A stretch of DNA of 64,000 bases from an uncultured delta proteobacterium (GCA_963794325.1 CAWCDG010000004.1:160001-224000), one strand, 5' to 3'. Positions 7,381 through 17,945 are shown, counted from the first letter of the stretch. The notes: a model not told the origin generated them from the letters alone. Program-made: numbers and translations.

Positions 7381-10110
7381 ATGAGCCGTTTTTTGCTTGT
7401 GGCGTTGAGCGCCGCACTGCTGTTCGCCACCCTTAACCTGCGATCCTTCGCCATCGCCGATCCGGCAGCGCTGCCGCCTCAGAATACCATCACGATGAAT
7501 TTCCAGAACGTGGATATTCCCGTTCTCGCCAAGTTCATCTCCGAGATAACCGGCCGCAACTTCATCATCGACGAATCCGTGCGCGGCAAGGTCACCATCA
7601 TCTCGCCGACCAAGGTCACTCCCGAACAGGCCTACGCGATCTTTCAGTCCGTGCTCCAGGTGAAAGGCTTCACCACGGTTCAGGCCGGCAAGATCATCAA
7701 GATCGAGCCCGCGCGCAACGTGCGCTCGAACGCGGCGCTGACCAATTCGCAAACCCCGGCCGAAACCAGCGGCGACGAATACGTCACCCGGATGGTGCGG
7801 CTTAAGAATATCGACGCTGCTTCAATCATCGGCGTCATCCAGCCGATGATTTCGCACGACGGCCTGGTGGCGGCGTTTCCCAACGACAACACCGTCATCG
7901 TTACCGACGACGCTTACAACGTCGATCGACTGGTCAAGATAATTGGCGCGCTGGACGTGCGTGGCGAACAGGCCTCGATTGTCGTCATTCCACTCAAACT
8001 CGCATTTGCCGGCGAGCTGGCGCCCGAGATCGATCAGCTGATGCAAGCCAAGATGGGGGGAGGCAGCGGCGGCACTAGTAGTCCCCAGATGATACGGCCG
8101 CAGATGGGCGTCGCGACCTCCGCCAGCGGACCTTCGCTGGGCTACAAAGTAATTCCCGACGAGCGCACCAATACGCTGATCGTGATGGCGCCGCCGCTTC
8201 AGATGCGCGAGATCCAGGAAATAGTTCTGAAGCTCGACGTCGTTCCTCCGCTGGCCACCTCGCGAATCCACGTCTATCGCCTCAAGAATGCGCAGGCGCT
8301 CGAGATGGTCCAGGTGCTCAACAATCTGCTTAATGGCGGCAGCGGACCGACCACCCTCTCGCCCACCACCGGCAAAGGTTCGTTAGGACGCTCGAGCTCC
8401 ATCGACGCCGCCAGCGGCTTCGGCAACGGTGGCTTCGGCGGTGGCGGCTTCGGCGGTGGCGGCGGTGGATATGGCGGGATGGCCAGTAGCGCGAGCTTCG
8501 GCGGCTCGAGCGGCGGCGGCGGTTTCGGTGGCGGGAGCGGCGGCGGTGGATTCGGAGGTGGCGGCGGCGGCGGTGGGTTGCGCAGTCGCGGCTCGATGAG
8601 CGGTGCCGGCGGCGGCTCAGCGTCGGCCAGCTCGGCCGGCAAGAGCATCGATTTCTCTTATCCGGTAAATATCACCGCCGACCCGGCTACCAACGCGATG
8701 GTTATCAGCGCGTCGCCGCAGGATTGGCAGACCCTCAAGCAGATTATCGACGACCTCGACACGCCACGCGTCCAGATTTTCGTGCAGGCCGTCATCGTCG
8801 AGGTTTCTGCCGAGCGCCAGCGCGAGCTGGGCGTCAGTTTCTTCTCCAACGGCGTGGGCGGCGGCAGCGTGTTCGGCGCCGGCGCGCTCAATTTCGGACA
8901 GCTCCAGAACGCGCTCGCCGACCCGCTGTCAGTCACCGGTCTCGGCCTCGCTCTCGCGGGCAATACCACATGCAAGATTACCGGCGCGGCGTTGGCTGCC
9001 GCCGGCGGTGTCACCGGCACCGGCACTGGCACCGGTACCACCACCGGCACCATGAAAGTGCCGTGCGACCTCGCGCTCATGACCGCGCTTGAAACCGACA
9101 CTCACGCCAACGTGCTCTCAGCACCGACCCTGCTCACCGCCGACAATGAAGAAGCGATGATCGTCGTTGGGCAGAATCTGCCGTTCGTCGGTTCGGCGTC
9201 GGCCAACGCGGGATTGCCCGGACAAATCTTCAACTCGGTCGATCGTCAGAACGTCGGCATCACGCTCGACATCGTGCCGCAGGTTTCCGAAGGCGACTAC
9301 GTCAAGCTCGACCTGTATGAGGAAGTTTCCAACGTCGTTAACGGAACTCAGAACGCGACCCTCGGCCCGACGACGACTATCCGCTCGGCCTCGACCACCG
9401 TGCTGATCCAGAATCATCGCACCGCGGTAATCGGCGGCCTCCTTGCCAGCCAGGATCAGATCAACAACCAGGGCGTGCCGTTCATCTCCAGCATCCCGGT
9501 GCTCGGCAACCTCTTCAGCAACAAGTCGACCGACAAGCAGAAGGACAACCTGATCGTCTTCCTGACGCCGCATATCGTGCGCAACAAGAGTGAGCTGCGC
9601 GAGCTCGCCCTCGACGAACGTCAGCAGTTCGTCAACTCGCTCGGCCGCAAGGAAATCCACGACATGCCGGCCTCGCAGATTCGCCAGGTTTACAAACCGA
9701 GCTTCTCTATTCCTGTTTCTCCGGCGGCCGACCTGAACGCGCCCTACGGCGGTCCGGCGGCGCCTCCGGGACCTGAAAATCCGGGCGCCGCGTATGAGAC
9801 GACGCCGTCGGGCAGCGCCGAAACTCCGTTTAACACTACCGAGATCGGCCCAACCTCGATGAACTCGACCGCGCCGCCTGCCGCCACGACCACTACGTAC
9901 TCGTCCACGACGACGACTTCAGTCAGCGCTCCACTCCCTGCACCCGCTGGACGATATGCGACAGCCGCCGACGGCGCGACGGTAACGCCGCTTGATTCCG
10001 GCACCGGCAAAGTCGCGGCAGGACCCGCCGACAGCAGCACTCCGTTTGCAGACTCGACCAGCGCGCTCAGCGCATCGAAGACCGGCGTAACCCCAGGCAT
10101 TTCCCCGTAG
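7381..10110 (+). CDS. gspD: Type II secretion system secretin GspD
   Basis: Signal peptide after GGAGG. N0 (MNFQNVDI...TGRNFIIDESVRGKVTIIS), N1-N3, and secretin domain (NVLSAPTLLTADNEEA, VPFISSIPVLGNLF, LIVFLTPHIV). Confidence 0.92.
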   Translation: MSRFLLVALSAALLFATLNLRSFAIADPAALPPQNTITMNFQNVDIPVLAKFISEITGRNFIIDESVRGKVTIISPTKVTPEQAYAIFQSVLQVKGFTTVQAGKIIKIEPARNVRSNAALTNSQTPAETSGDEYVTRMVRLKNIDAASIIGVIQPMISHDGLVAAFPNDNTVIVTDDAYNVDRLVKIIGALDVRGEQASIVVIPLKLAFAGELAPEIDQLMQAKMGGGSGGTSSPQMIRPQMGVATSASGPSLGYKVIPDERTNTLIVMAPPLQMREIQEIVLKLDVVPPLATSRIHVYRLKNAQALEMVQVLNNLLNGGSGPTTLSPTTGKGSLGRSSSIDAASGFGNGGFGGGGFGGGGGGYGGMASSASFGGSSGGGGFGGGSGGGGFGGGGGGGGLRSRGSMSGAGGGSASASSAGKSIDFSYPVNITADPATNAMVISASPQDWQTLKQIIDDLDTPRVQIFVQAVIVEVSAERQRELGVSFFSNGVGGGSVFGAGALNFGQLQNALADPLSVTGLGLALAGNTTCKITGAALAAAGGVTGTGTGTGTTTGTMKVPCDLALMTALETDTHANVLSAPTLLTADNEEAMIVVGQNLPFVGSASANAGLPGQIFNSVDRQNVGITLDIVPQVSEGDYVKLDLYEEVSNVVNGTQNATLGPTTTIRSASTTVLIQNHRTAVIGGLLASQDQINNQGVPFISSIPVLGNLFSNKSTDKQKDNLIVFLTPHIVRNKSELRELALDERQQFVNSLGRKEIHDMPASQIRQVYKPSFSIPVSPAADLNAPYGGPAAPPGPENPGAAYETTPSGSAETPFNTTEIGPTSMNSTAPPAATTTTYSSTTTTSVSAPLPAPAGRYATAADGATVTPLDSGTGKVAAGPADSSTPFADSTSALSASKTGVTPGISP

Positions 10111-10123
10111 TAACTCGCCGCGA

Positions 10124-11056
10124 TCACCAGCCGATGAATGCCGCGATCAGGAATGCGGCGATCATCAACAATCCGAACTCCATGTGGAGCTGGATCGATC
10201 GAAACAATCCGAGGTTGAGCTTCTTCGGATCGTTCTCGCGCGTCATGATTCGAATCTGATCGAGTGCGCGTGGAATCGTGATCAACACTGCGATCGCAAT
10301 CCACGGAATCGCGTGCATCAAAATCCCAAGAATCGTCGTCACGTAAGCCGCTACATCCAGCGCGATCAGTTCGTAGTTCGCGCCAGCGCGTCCGAGAATC
10401 GTCGCGAGCGTCCGCTTGCCATGGCGCGTGTCGCTCTCGATGTCGCGAATATTGTTGGCGTGCAAAATTCCCGCGACCAGGAATCCCAGCGGTACCGATG
10501 CCCACACCGCCGAGGACGAAAAATGCATCGCCATCACGAAGTACGATCCGACGACGATCGCAGGCCCCATGAAAATGAACACGGTCAACTCGCCCAGCGC
10601 CACGTAGGCTAGAGATACGGGGCTCGCCGTGTAGAAGTAGCCGGCCGCGATACTCGGGATTCCGATTGCGAGAATCGGCCAGCCGCAGAGGTAAACGAGC
10701 ACGAGACCAATCAGCGCGCCAATCGCAAACGCAGCGACCCCGCCGCGCCACACTTGATCGGCGCTCAGCAGGCCGCGCTGGATCACCATGCTCGGCCCGA
10801 GCGATTGTTCGCTGTCGGCGCCGCTGCGGAAATCGTAGTAGTCGTTGATCAGATTGGTGCCGGCCTGAATCGCCATCGCGCCGACCAGCGCGAGAATCGT
10901 GCGCCCCAGCGAAAAGAACCCCTCGCGCGCGGCAACCGCAACTCCCAGCAGCACCGGAATCGCAGCCGCACTCAGCGAAGGCGCCCGAATCGCCTGAATC
11001 CAGATTGCCAGATTCCCCGGTCTCTCAGATCCGCCGCGAGCAATCACGTCATCCAT
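10124..11056 (-). CDS. menA: 1,4-dihydroxy-2-naphthoate polyprenyltransferase
   Basis: NLINDYYDFRSGAD and ANNIRDIESD...KRTL motifs of the UbiA/MenA family; multiple TM helices. Alternative start at 11113. Confidence 0.9.
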   Translation of the reverse strand: MDDVIARGGSERPGNLAIWIQAIRAPSLSAAAIPVLLGVAVAAREGFFSLGRTILALVGAMAIQAGTNLINDYYDFRSGADSEQSLGPSMVIQRGLLSADQVWRGGVAAFAIGALIGLVLVYLCGWPILAIGIPSIAAGYFYTASPVSLAYVALGELTVFIFMGPAIVVGSYFVMAMHFSSSAVWASVPLGFLVAGILHANNIRDIESDTRHGKRTLATILGRAGANYELIALDVAAYVTTILGILMHAIPWIAIAVLITIPRALDQIRIMTRENDPKKLNLGLFRSIQLHMEFGLLMIAAFLIAAFIGW

Positions 11057-11113
11057 TTTCTTTTCGACTAAACCCTTCGCGAAAGCCCGTCTTCGGGATT
11101 TCGCGTCTTCCAT

Positions 11114-11138
11114 TGGGTGCAGGGGTCACCCCTGCCGC
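11114..11138. repeat. REP-like family B core (GGGTGCAGGGGTCACCCCTGC)
   Basis: GCAGGGGT/ACCCCTGC palindrome; copies at 14404, 22618, 35548, 36948, 40317. Confidence 0.8.
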
Positions 11139-11153
11139 CCACCGCGCAGGTGA

Positions 11154-13616
11154 TTAAATCAGCACCTTTGCTTCTTTCAGCCGTGCGATCTCCGCCGCGC
11201 TATATCCGAGCTCGCGCATCACTTCATCCGTATGCTCGCCGATCATCGGCGCGCCGCGATATCCCAGATCGATCGCACTGAACCGCACCGGAAGTCCCGC
11301 GACGACCCGCTCGCCGACTTCACCATGCCTCAAGTTCACGAGCATGCCCGATTCGGAGAACGCAGGATCGTTGATCACTTCCGGAGTGTTATAGACCGGC
11401 CCCGCCGCGAGACCGCGCTCACGAAGTTTCGCCACCAGTGCGTCGCGATGGTGCGCGCGGGTCCGTGCCGCGATTTCGCGCTCGAGTTCCTCGACGTTGT
11501 CGAGGCGTCCGAGCAGTCGCGCGAATTCCGGATTCTTCGCCATCGACGGCAATCCCAACACCGCGCACAACTTCGCGAATTCGTCGTCGCTGGCAATCGC
11601 AATCGCGATCCATTGGTCGTCGCCCGCCGTCGGGAACACCCCATGCGGCGCCATCGACTCGTCGCGATTTCCGATCGCTGCCTGGTCGCGCCCGTTCATC
11701 AGAAAATCCATCATCGCCTCGGGCATCATCGTCGTCACCATCTCGGCCATCGACAGGTCGAGATACTGCCCCTGCCCCGTCCGGTCGCGATGATGCAGCG
11801 CGGCGAGCAGAAAAAATACCATGCCGGTGCCCACCGCAAAGTCCGGCCACGTCCCGCCGATCCCGCACGGAAACGAATCGGGATAACCGGTGATATGACA
11901 CAGTCCGGCAAAGGCTTGCGTCGTCGGTCCGAAGCCCACGGTTTGCGCGAACGGACCGTCCTGTCCGAGCGGCGTGCCGCTCAGCATGATTATGTCGGGT
12001 TTGATTTTGACCAGATCGGCATAGGCCAGATTGTATTTCGCCATGTTGCCGACGGTGTAATTTTCGGTGACGAAATCGCTCCGACCGACAATCCTGCGCG
12101 CGATTTCCTGCGCCTCGGACGTCGCAAGATTCAGCGCGAGACTGCGCCGCGACGTATTGATCGCGTGGAAAACACCGCTGCGGTTGGCGCCGATCGCGCC
12201 GTCCGTGCCGGTCAAAAATCGCACGAGGTCGGGCGCGACCAGACTCTCGATTCTGATTACGTCGGCTCCCAGAGCGCCCAGCCACGCCGTCGCGTGCGGG
12301 ACGGCAAAGATCCAGCCGAAGTCCGCGATGCGAATACCTTCCAGCGGGCACGTTCTCTTCGAGTGATTCGCGCCGTCGGAGCGGTCGCTGCCCGCGACGC
12401 CGCGATTCTTGAAAATCTTTTCATTGTGCTCGCCGAGGCGCGGCGCTCCGCGCACGATTCTCCACGGGGTGCGCGAGAATTTGCATGGCGCCCCGGGCAT
12501 CCGCACTTCGCGCGCCGCGGGATGATCAACATCGACGAAAAATTTGCGCGCCTTGTATTGTTCGTTGTTCGCGACCTCGGCCGGCGAATGCACCGGGAAG
12601 CATGGCACGTGTTCCGCCTGCGCCTTCTCGAATGCCTCAGTTCGCGTAGTCGTAGATAGCCAGTCGATTACTCCGGCCTCGATCGCGTCGATATTCGATG
12701 CGCGCCCCAAGACCGTGTCGAACAACTCGATATCCATCCACTCCGGATTCTCGAGTGCCTTCTTCGCCCCGCGCCAGAAACGATCGGTGCCGGCGTTGAA
12801 GCTCACCCATCCGTCCTTGCACGGATAAACCCACTGGGCGGCCCTTTTCTGACGCGAGTAGAGCCGCTGGAACGAGTCGGAATTTTTATCTTCGTGAAAG
12901 TAAAACCCGAGGTTCGGCCGCACCATGCTGACCATCGAAAGCCACTGCGCGACGTCGACATGCTGTCCCGCGCCATTACTCTTTCGACCATACAGTGCGC
13001 ACATCGCAGCGGCCGCCGCCGTATAGCCAGTCAAATAGTCAGATTGCCGGCCGCCGAGTTTCAGCGGCGGTTGATTTGCAGGATCGGTCACCTGATGCCA
13101 CGGCGTTTCGTAGCCGACCCCGCTCATATGCGTAGCAACCAGGTCGCCGCCGCGAAGATTTTTGTACGCTGATTCGGCGCCGAAAAAAGTTATCGACACG
13201 ACGATCAGTTTTGGAAATTGCGTCGTGAGCGTACGCCAGTCGATCCCGATCTTTTCGTTCACTTCGGGACGATTCGGATTGAAAACGATATCGGCGGACG
13301 CGAGCAGATCGAATATAAGGTCGAGGCCGTGCGGAGATTCCAGGTCGATCGTCACCCCAAGCTTATTGCTATTGAGATAGAGATGAAGTCCGCCGGTTTC
13401 CGGATCGGGCATCTCGTCGCGAAACGGCCCCAGCGCGCGCTCCTGCGATCCGGTTCGCGGCGGCTCGACCTTCACCACCTCGGCGCCGAAATCCGCGAAC
13501 GACTTCGCCGCCATCGACGCCGCCAGGAACGGCATCGTATCGAGGCACGGAAGCTCGACCACCTTCAGGCCTTCGAGCGCGCGCATTGGCTCCTGGTATT
13601 GCTCGAAGCGCGCCAT
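11154..13616 (-). CDS. Family III (CaiB/BaiF) CoA-transferase with two tandem domains
   Basis: Two LEG(L/I)(K/R)...GA(E/D)V(V/I)(K/R)(V/I)E modules and two G(T/A)GQ(H/Y)(V/L)D motifs in 820 aa. Confidence 0.9.
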   Translation of the reverse strand: MARFEQYQEPMRALEGLKVVELPCLDTMPFLAASMAAKSFADFGAEVVKVEPPRTGSQERALGPFRDEMPDPETGGLHLYLNSNKLGVTIDLESPHGLDLIFDLLASADIVFNPNRPEVNEKIGIDWRTLTTQFPKLIVVSITFFGAESAYKNLRGGDLVATHMSGVGYETPWHQVTDPANQPPLKLGGRQSDYLTGYTAAAAAMCALYGRKSNGAGQHVDVAQWLSMVSMVRPNLGFYFHEDKNSDSFQRLYSRQKRAAQWVYPCKDGWVSFNAGTDRFWRGAKKALENPEWMDIELFDTVLGRASNIDAIEAGVIDWLSTTTRTEAFEKAQAEHVPCFPVHSPAEVANNEQYKARKFFVDVDHPAAREVRMPGAPCKFSRTPWRIVRGAPRLGEHNEKIFKNRGVAGSDRSDGANHSKRTCPLEGIRIADFGWIFAVPHATAWLGALGADVIRIESLVAPDLVRFLTGTDGAIGANRSGVFHAINTSRRSLALNLATSEAQEIARRIVGRSDFVTENYTVGNMAKYNLAYADLVKIKPDIIMLSGTPLGQDGPFAQTVGFGPTTQAFAGLCHITGYPDSFPCGIGGTWPDFAVGTGMVFFLLAALHHRDRTGQGQYLDLSMAEMVTTMMPEAMMDFLMNGRDQAAIGNRDESMAPHGVFPTAGDDQWIAIAIASDDEFAKLCAVLGLPSMAKNPEFARLLGRLDNVEELEREIAARTRAHHRDALVAKLRERGLAAGPVYNTPEVINDPAFSESGMLVNLRHGEVGERVVAGLPVRFSAIDLGYRGAPMIGEHTDEVMRELGYSAAEIARLKEAKVLI

Positions 13617-13621
13617 CGCTG

Positions 13622-14311
13622 CTAGACCGTTTCGGTTTTCATATTGTCGATCAGCCCGATCAACTCGGCCATCGAATGAATCACGTAGTCGGGCTTGAAC
13701 GCCTGATGCGTCTGCAAGTATTTGAACGATGCGGCCCCGGTTGCGACCGCGACCGATGCGCCGAAACCCGCTCCCAGAGCCGCCATGATGTCTCGCGGCT
13801 CGTCGCCGACGTACAAGCAGGCGTGCGGCAGCACCGCTGCTTTCAGCGCCGTCTGCTTAAGGCTTTCAGTCTTGTCGAGCGCGCGCAGCGAGGTCGTGGT
13901 CTGCGTGACGACCTGGTCAAGATACGACGCGAGACCCACCATCGCGAGCTTCTCGATCAAGCGTTGCGGATCGCCCGGCCGGCTCGTGATCACGCCGGTC
14001 GCATAGCCGCGACGCTTCAGCTCGGCCAGCGTTTCTGGTACATGCGGCAACACTTCGAGCCTTTCGGTCTTGTCGATCTCGGCTAGAAAATACGCGTACG
14101 CGAGCTTGGCGTACTCGGGCCTCAGATGCTCGGGCACTCCGAGCCAGACGTCGTCGGCGGAAAGCGCCTCGCGAAAACGCGCAGGCGTGAGAGGAGGTTC
14201 GTGGCCGAGCTCGTCGAGCGCGTTTTTCGCGGAGATATACAACGGCCCGTGAATATCGACCAGCGTTCCGTCGAGATCGAAAAAAACTGCTTTGAATTCG
14301 CGCGACGCCAA
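13622..14311 (-). CDS. HAD-superfamily hydrolase (phosphoglycolate phosphatase-like)
   Basis: FFDLDGTLVD motif I, ITS motif II, YVGD motif IV; TTG start with GGAG upstream. Confidence 0.85.
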   Translation of the reverse strand: MASREFKAVFFDLDGTLVDIHGPLYISAKNALDELGHEPPLTPARFREALSADDVWLGVPEHLRPEYAKLAYAYFLAEIDKTERLEVLPHVPETLAELKRRGYATGVITSRPGDPQRLIEKLAMVGLASYLDQVVTQTTTSLRALDKTESLKQTALKAAVLPHACLYVGDEPRDIMAALGAGFGASVAVATGAASFKYLQTHQAFKPDYVIHSMAELIGLIDNMKTETV

Positions 14312-14403
14312 AAAAATTCTCCGAGGTCCCAACCGGAGTGTGTTAAGATGCGGCGCGAAGTGTCAAGCGCCGACCAGGGGAAGGGCAAATCACTTTATTG
14401 AAT

Positions 14404-14459
14404 GTGAAACCCTTCGCGGGTTTCACGCTTCCGCGGCAGGGGTGACCCCTGCACCCAGT
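14404..14459. repeat. REP-like family B (GTGAAACCC/GGGTTTCAC hairpin + core)
   Basis: Two adjacent hairpins matching the copies at 22618 and 35548. Confidence 0.8.
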
Positions 14460-14461
14460 AA

Positions 14462-16603
14462 CTAGCGGCGCGACTGATACAGCAGCAGGTACTCGCGGCG
14501 GCCCCCGATCACTTTTTTCACATAATCACGCGTTTCTTTGTATGCGATATTTTCGACCCACTCGTCATCGGGGCCGGGCGATTTCGCGAGCCACTTCATG
14601 ACCGCGTTCTCGCCCCCGTTGTACGCAGCGACCGCATGGAACTCATCGCCATGGAACATCTCGAAAAGATTTTTCAGATAGGAAGTACCCAACTGCACAT
14701 TCACCGCCGGATCGTAAAGCCTGATCGCCTCGGGATCGATGCCTTCCTGCATCGCCATTTTGCGCGCCGTCGATGGAATCAACTGCATCAGGCCGCGCGC
14801 GTTCGAGCTTGACGTGGCTCGCGGATTGAACAGGCTCTCCTGCCGCGACAGCGCGAGCACCAGGTAAGGATCGAGCGTGAGCCGGCTGGACGCCGACGAA
14901 AAGAGATCCCAGTATGCGCGCGGATAGCGCACGCGCTCGGCGACGTCGTGATTCAGCTGCCCGCTTTTTTCCATGTGAGTCGCCGATACTATTGCGTCGT
15001 ACCATGCATCGGCGCTCGCGAATCCGGCGAGCACGAAACGCCGCATCTCGGGGCTGCCGCCACCGTGCTCTTCGAGCGCTTTCAATTCATCGGGCTCGAG
15101 TTCCTTGAGGCCGATCGCGCGCAGCGTCTGCAGCCGCGCCATGTGATACTCCGCGACTCCGCTGACCGCGGGTATTCCGCCGGCCTGAGGATCGGGCGCG
15201 GACGCGGCGGGAAGATCCGGCCGGGCGTCCGCGACGCGGCGGCTGGCAAGCTCCGGATAGTAATTGCTGTCGGTGCTGTTCGCGAGCTTTTCATAAATCG
15301 CACGAGCATCTATGGCGTCGCCCGCATTTCCCAACGCACGCGCGCGCCAGTATTCGCACATGTCGCGATTGATTGGATCCTTCGCGCGAACGCTTGCACT
15401 CTTGAAGCCATCTGCGGCGACGCGGTAATTGCGCGCCGCGTATAACGTCCACGGAATTCGGAACCGCGCGTCTTCCGCGGCGTCGCTGCTCGGGTACCGC
15501 GCAGCCAGCCGCCGGTATTGCGCGCGAGCGGAATCGAGCTGATGCAGTTCTTCGAAAATTTTGCCGACCCGGAGCATCGCACCGGGCGCGCGCTCGCTTC
15601 CGGGAAAATTCGCGACCAGCCGGTTGAACGCCGCGCGTGCCTGATCATCTTGATCGTCGTGCCAGTAAATCAGCGCCAGCGCTTCGAGCGCTGCCGCCGC
15701 ATCGGGACCGCGCGGCGCGATTTGCAGATACTCCACGATCGCGCGCTTGGCGCGATCAGGTTCGGGCTTGAGCGCTCTCGCCCTCACCCAAACCAGCTCC
15801 GCTCGAAGCGCAGGCTCAGGATTCATCGCGAGTCCCGCGTTCGCCTGCTCGTCAGCCTCGGACAGTGCGCCCTCACGCAGCAACAACTCGGATTCATCGC
15901 GATGGTACGACAGCGAATTCGTGTCGGCGACCTCGGGGTGCGACGCCAGGATCTCACGAACCAGCACGCGCGCTTCGGCATCCACGTCGGAGCGCGGATA
16001 TTTGTCGCGCAGTTCCATCAATTGCGCATAAGCCGCCTTCGGATTTCCGATCGCGATAAGCGACTTCCCTTCCGCAAGGCGCGCGCCCTGCTCTATCGAC
16101 GCTTCGGGACTCCGCGCGATCAGCCGCGACGCGACCTCTGACGCCTCCGCATTGCGCCCGAGGTTCAGCAGGTTGTTGGCCAAAATCAACTCGCCCGAGT
16201 CGAACATCACGCTGTCCGGGTACGTCTTGATAAGCCGATCAAGCGTCTGGGCCGACCCATTCAGATCGCCCTGGTCTTTCTGTGCGAGCGCGAGATAAAG
16301 CAGCGCGTAATCGCCGAGCGCGGGAAAATTATCGGCGGCGAATTTGAGCCGATCGATCGCGCGCAGGTTGTCGTGGTTCTGGTACGCGCGATAGCCGTCG
16401 AGGAATGCGCTCTGCCCGTCAGTGGGCGGCGCGAGCGGCGCCGGTGCCGCAGTAGCCGGCAGCGTCGCGGGCGCGGTTTGCGCCGTCGATGTTGGTTGCG
16501 ACGGTAGTGCGGCAGAATCTGCCCGCGCCGGCCCCGAGGCGCATCCGCCAAGCGCAACACACAGCCCCACGATCGCACCACCGCACCACCATCTCGTTTT
16601 CAT
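14462..16603 (-). CDS. slt: Lytic murein transglycosylase (Slt-like) with TPR repeats, probable lipoprotein
   Basis: Lipobox LGGC; TPR-like repeats; RQESLF, ARGLMQL, AAYNGG, ETRDYVKKV. Confidence 0.88.
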   Translation of the reverse strand: MKTRWWCGGAIVGLCVALGGCASGPARADSAALPSQPTSTAQTAPATLPATAAPAPLAPPTDGQSAFLDGYRAYQNHDNLRAIDRLKFAADNFPALGDYALLYLALAQKDQGDLNGSAQTLDRLIKTYPDSVMFDSGELILANNLLNLGRNAEASEVASRLIARSPEASIEQGARLAEGKSLIAIGNPKAAYAQLMELRDKYPRSDVDAEARVLVREILASHPEVADTNSLSYHRDESELLLREGALSEADEQANAGLAMNPEPALRAELVWVRARALKPEPDRAKRAIVEYLQIAPRGPDAAAALEALALIYWHDDQDDQARAAFNRLVANFPGSERAPGAMLRVGKIFEELHQLDSARAQYRRLAARYPSSDAAEDARFRIPWTLYAARNYRVAADGFKSASVRAKDPINRDMCEYWRARALGNAGDAIDARAIYEKLANSTDSNYYPELASRRVADARPDLPAASAPDPQAGGIPAVSGVAEYHMARLQTLRAIGLKELEPDELKALEEHGGGSPEMRRFVLAGFASADAWYDAIVSATHMEKSGQLNHDVAERVRYPRAYWDLFSSASSRLTLDPYLVLALSRQESLFNPRATSSSNARGLMQLIPSTARKMAMQEGIDPEAIRLYDPAVNVQLGTSYLKNLFEMFHGDEFHAVAAYNGGENAVMKWLAKSPGPDDEWVENIAYKETRDYVKKVIGGRREYLLLYQSRR

Positions 16604-16660
16604 CTGATCTTGGTTAGCGCATGGCTGCGATCGCTTCAATTGGCTACAGTCGAAAAGCGA

Positions 16661-17242
16661 ATGGGCGAATCTATCAGAGTGATTCTTGCGTCCGCGTCAC
16701 CGCGACGCCGTCAACTTTTGGCTGGCGCTGGAATTCAGTTCGAAGTGATAGAAAGCCTGATGCCCGAGGAGCATGTCGCAGGCGAGCCGCCGCACGATTA
16801 CGCACTCCGGATGGCGCGCGACAAGGCTTGCGCAGTTTCCTCGCGATTCCCCGACGCGATCGTGATCGGCGCCGACACTATCGTCGTGTGCGATTCTCAC
16901 ATTCTGGAAAAGCCCACAGATGCCAACGACGCGCACCGCATGCTCGCGATGCTTTCCGGACGCACTCATACCGTCGTGACCGCATTCGCTCTCGCACGCG
17001 CCGGAAAAATCCTCGAAGCTTCGCCGGTCGAGAGCAACGTCACTTTTCGTGAACTGACCGACGCGGAAATCGACACGTACATCGCAACCAACGAACCATT
17101 CGACAAGGCCGGCGCTTATGGAATCCAGGGCGTCGGCGGCGGATTCATCTCGCACGTTGAAGGATCGCGCGACAACGTGATGGGCCTGCCGACCGAGCGT
17201 GTCATCGCTGCCCTCGCGCGATTCGGCGTGAAGCGCGTTTAG
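16661..17242 (+). CDS. maf: Maf-family nucleoside triphosphate pyrophosphatase
   Basis: ILASASPRRRQLL, IGADTIV, DKAGAYGIQ, NVMGLP. Confidence 0.93.
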   Translation: MGESIRVILASASPRRRQLLAGAGIQFEVIESLMPEEHVAGEPPHDYALRMARDKACAVSSRFPDAIVIGADTIVVCDSHILEKPTDANDAHRMLAMLSGRTHTVVTAFALARAGKILEASPVESNVTFRELTDAEIDTYIATNEPFDKAGAYGIQGVGGGFISHVEGSRDNVMGLPTERVIAALARFGVKRV

Positions 17243-17245
17243 ACA

Positions 17246-17935
17246 ATGCCGATTGACCATGCGATCAAAGAGCGGCTCACCATCGTGCAAGCACGCATCG
17301 GCGCGGCTGCCTACTCAGCGAAGCGCGATCCCGCTTCGATTCGGCTCGTGCTCGCGAGCAAGACTCAGCCGAGCGAACTGATTCGGGCCGCATGGGAAGC
17401 GGGCGCGCGCGATTTCGGCGAGAACTACGTGCAAGAGGCAATTGCGAAGCAGGCCGATCTGCGCGACTTGACCGACCTTCGATGGCACCTGATTGGCCAT
17501 CTGCAAACCAACAAGGCGAAGACCGCCGCGAGCGCTTTCTCTCTCATCCACAGCGTCGATTCGATTCGCCTCGCCGACGCTCTCGCGCGCGCGCAACCGT
17601 CGCCGCGCGTTCACGCTCTTATCGAAGTGAATCTCGGCGGCGAGGCGAGCAAGACCGGCGTCGCGCCGGATGGCGTCGCCGCAATCCTCGACGCTGCTCG
17701 CGGCAAAATCGAAATCGACGGCCTGATGACGATTCCGCCGCCCGCGCGCAGCGCCGAAGCCTCGCGTCCCTGGTTCGCCCGGCTGCGCGAACTGCGCGAC
17801 AGTCTTGCGACACAATCCGGCTATGCGCTAAGCGAACTCTCCATGGGCATGACGGACGACTTCGAAGTCGCGATCGAGGAAGGCGCGACAATAGTGCGGA
17901 TCGGTCGCGCCGTCTTCGGCGAACGCATCGCGTGA
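17246..17935 (+). CDS. yggS: PLP homeostasis protein YggS
   Basis: [40 protein letters not shown]. Confidence 0.95.
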   Translation: MPIDHAIKERLTIVQARIGAAAYSAKRDPASIRLVLASKTQPSELIRAAWEAGARDFGENYVQEAIAKQADLRDLTDLRWHLIGHLQTNKAKTAASAFSLIHSVDSIRLADALARAQPSPRVHALIEVNLGGEASKTGVAPDGVAAILDAARGKIEIDGLMTIPPPARSAEASRPWFARLRELRDSLATQSGYALSELSMGMTDDFEVAIEEGATIVRIGRAVFGERIA

Positions 17936-17945
17936 AACGCATGAA

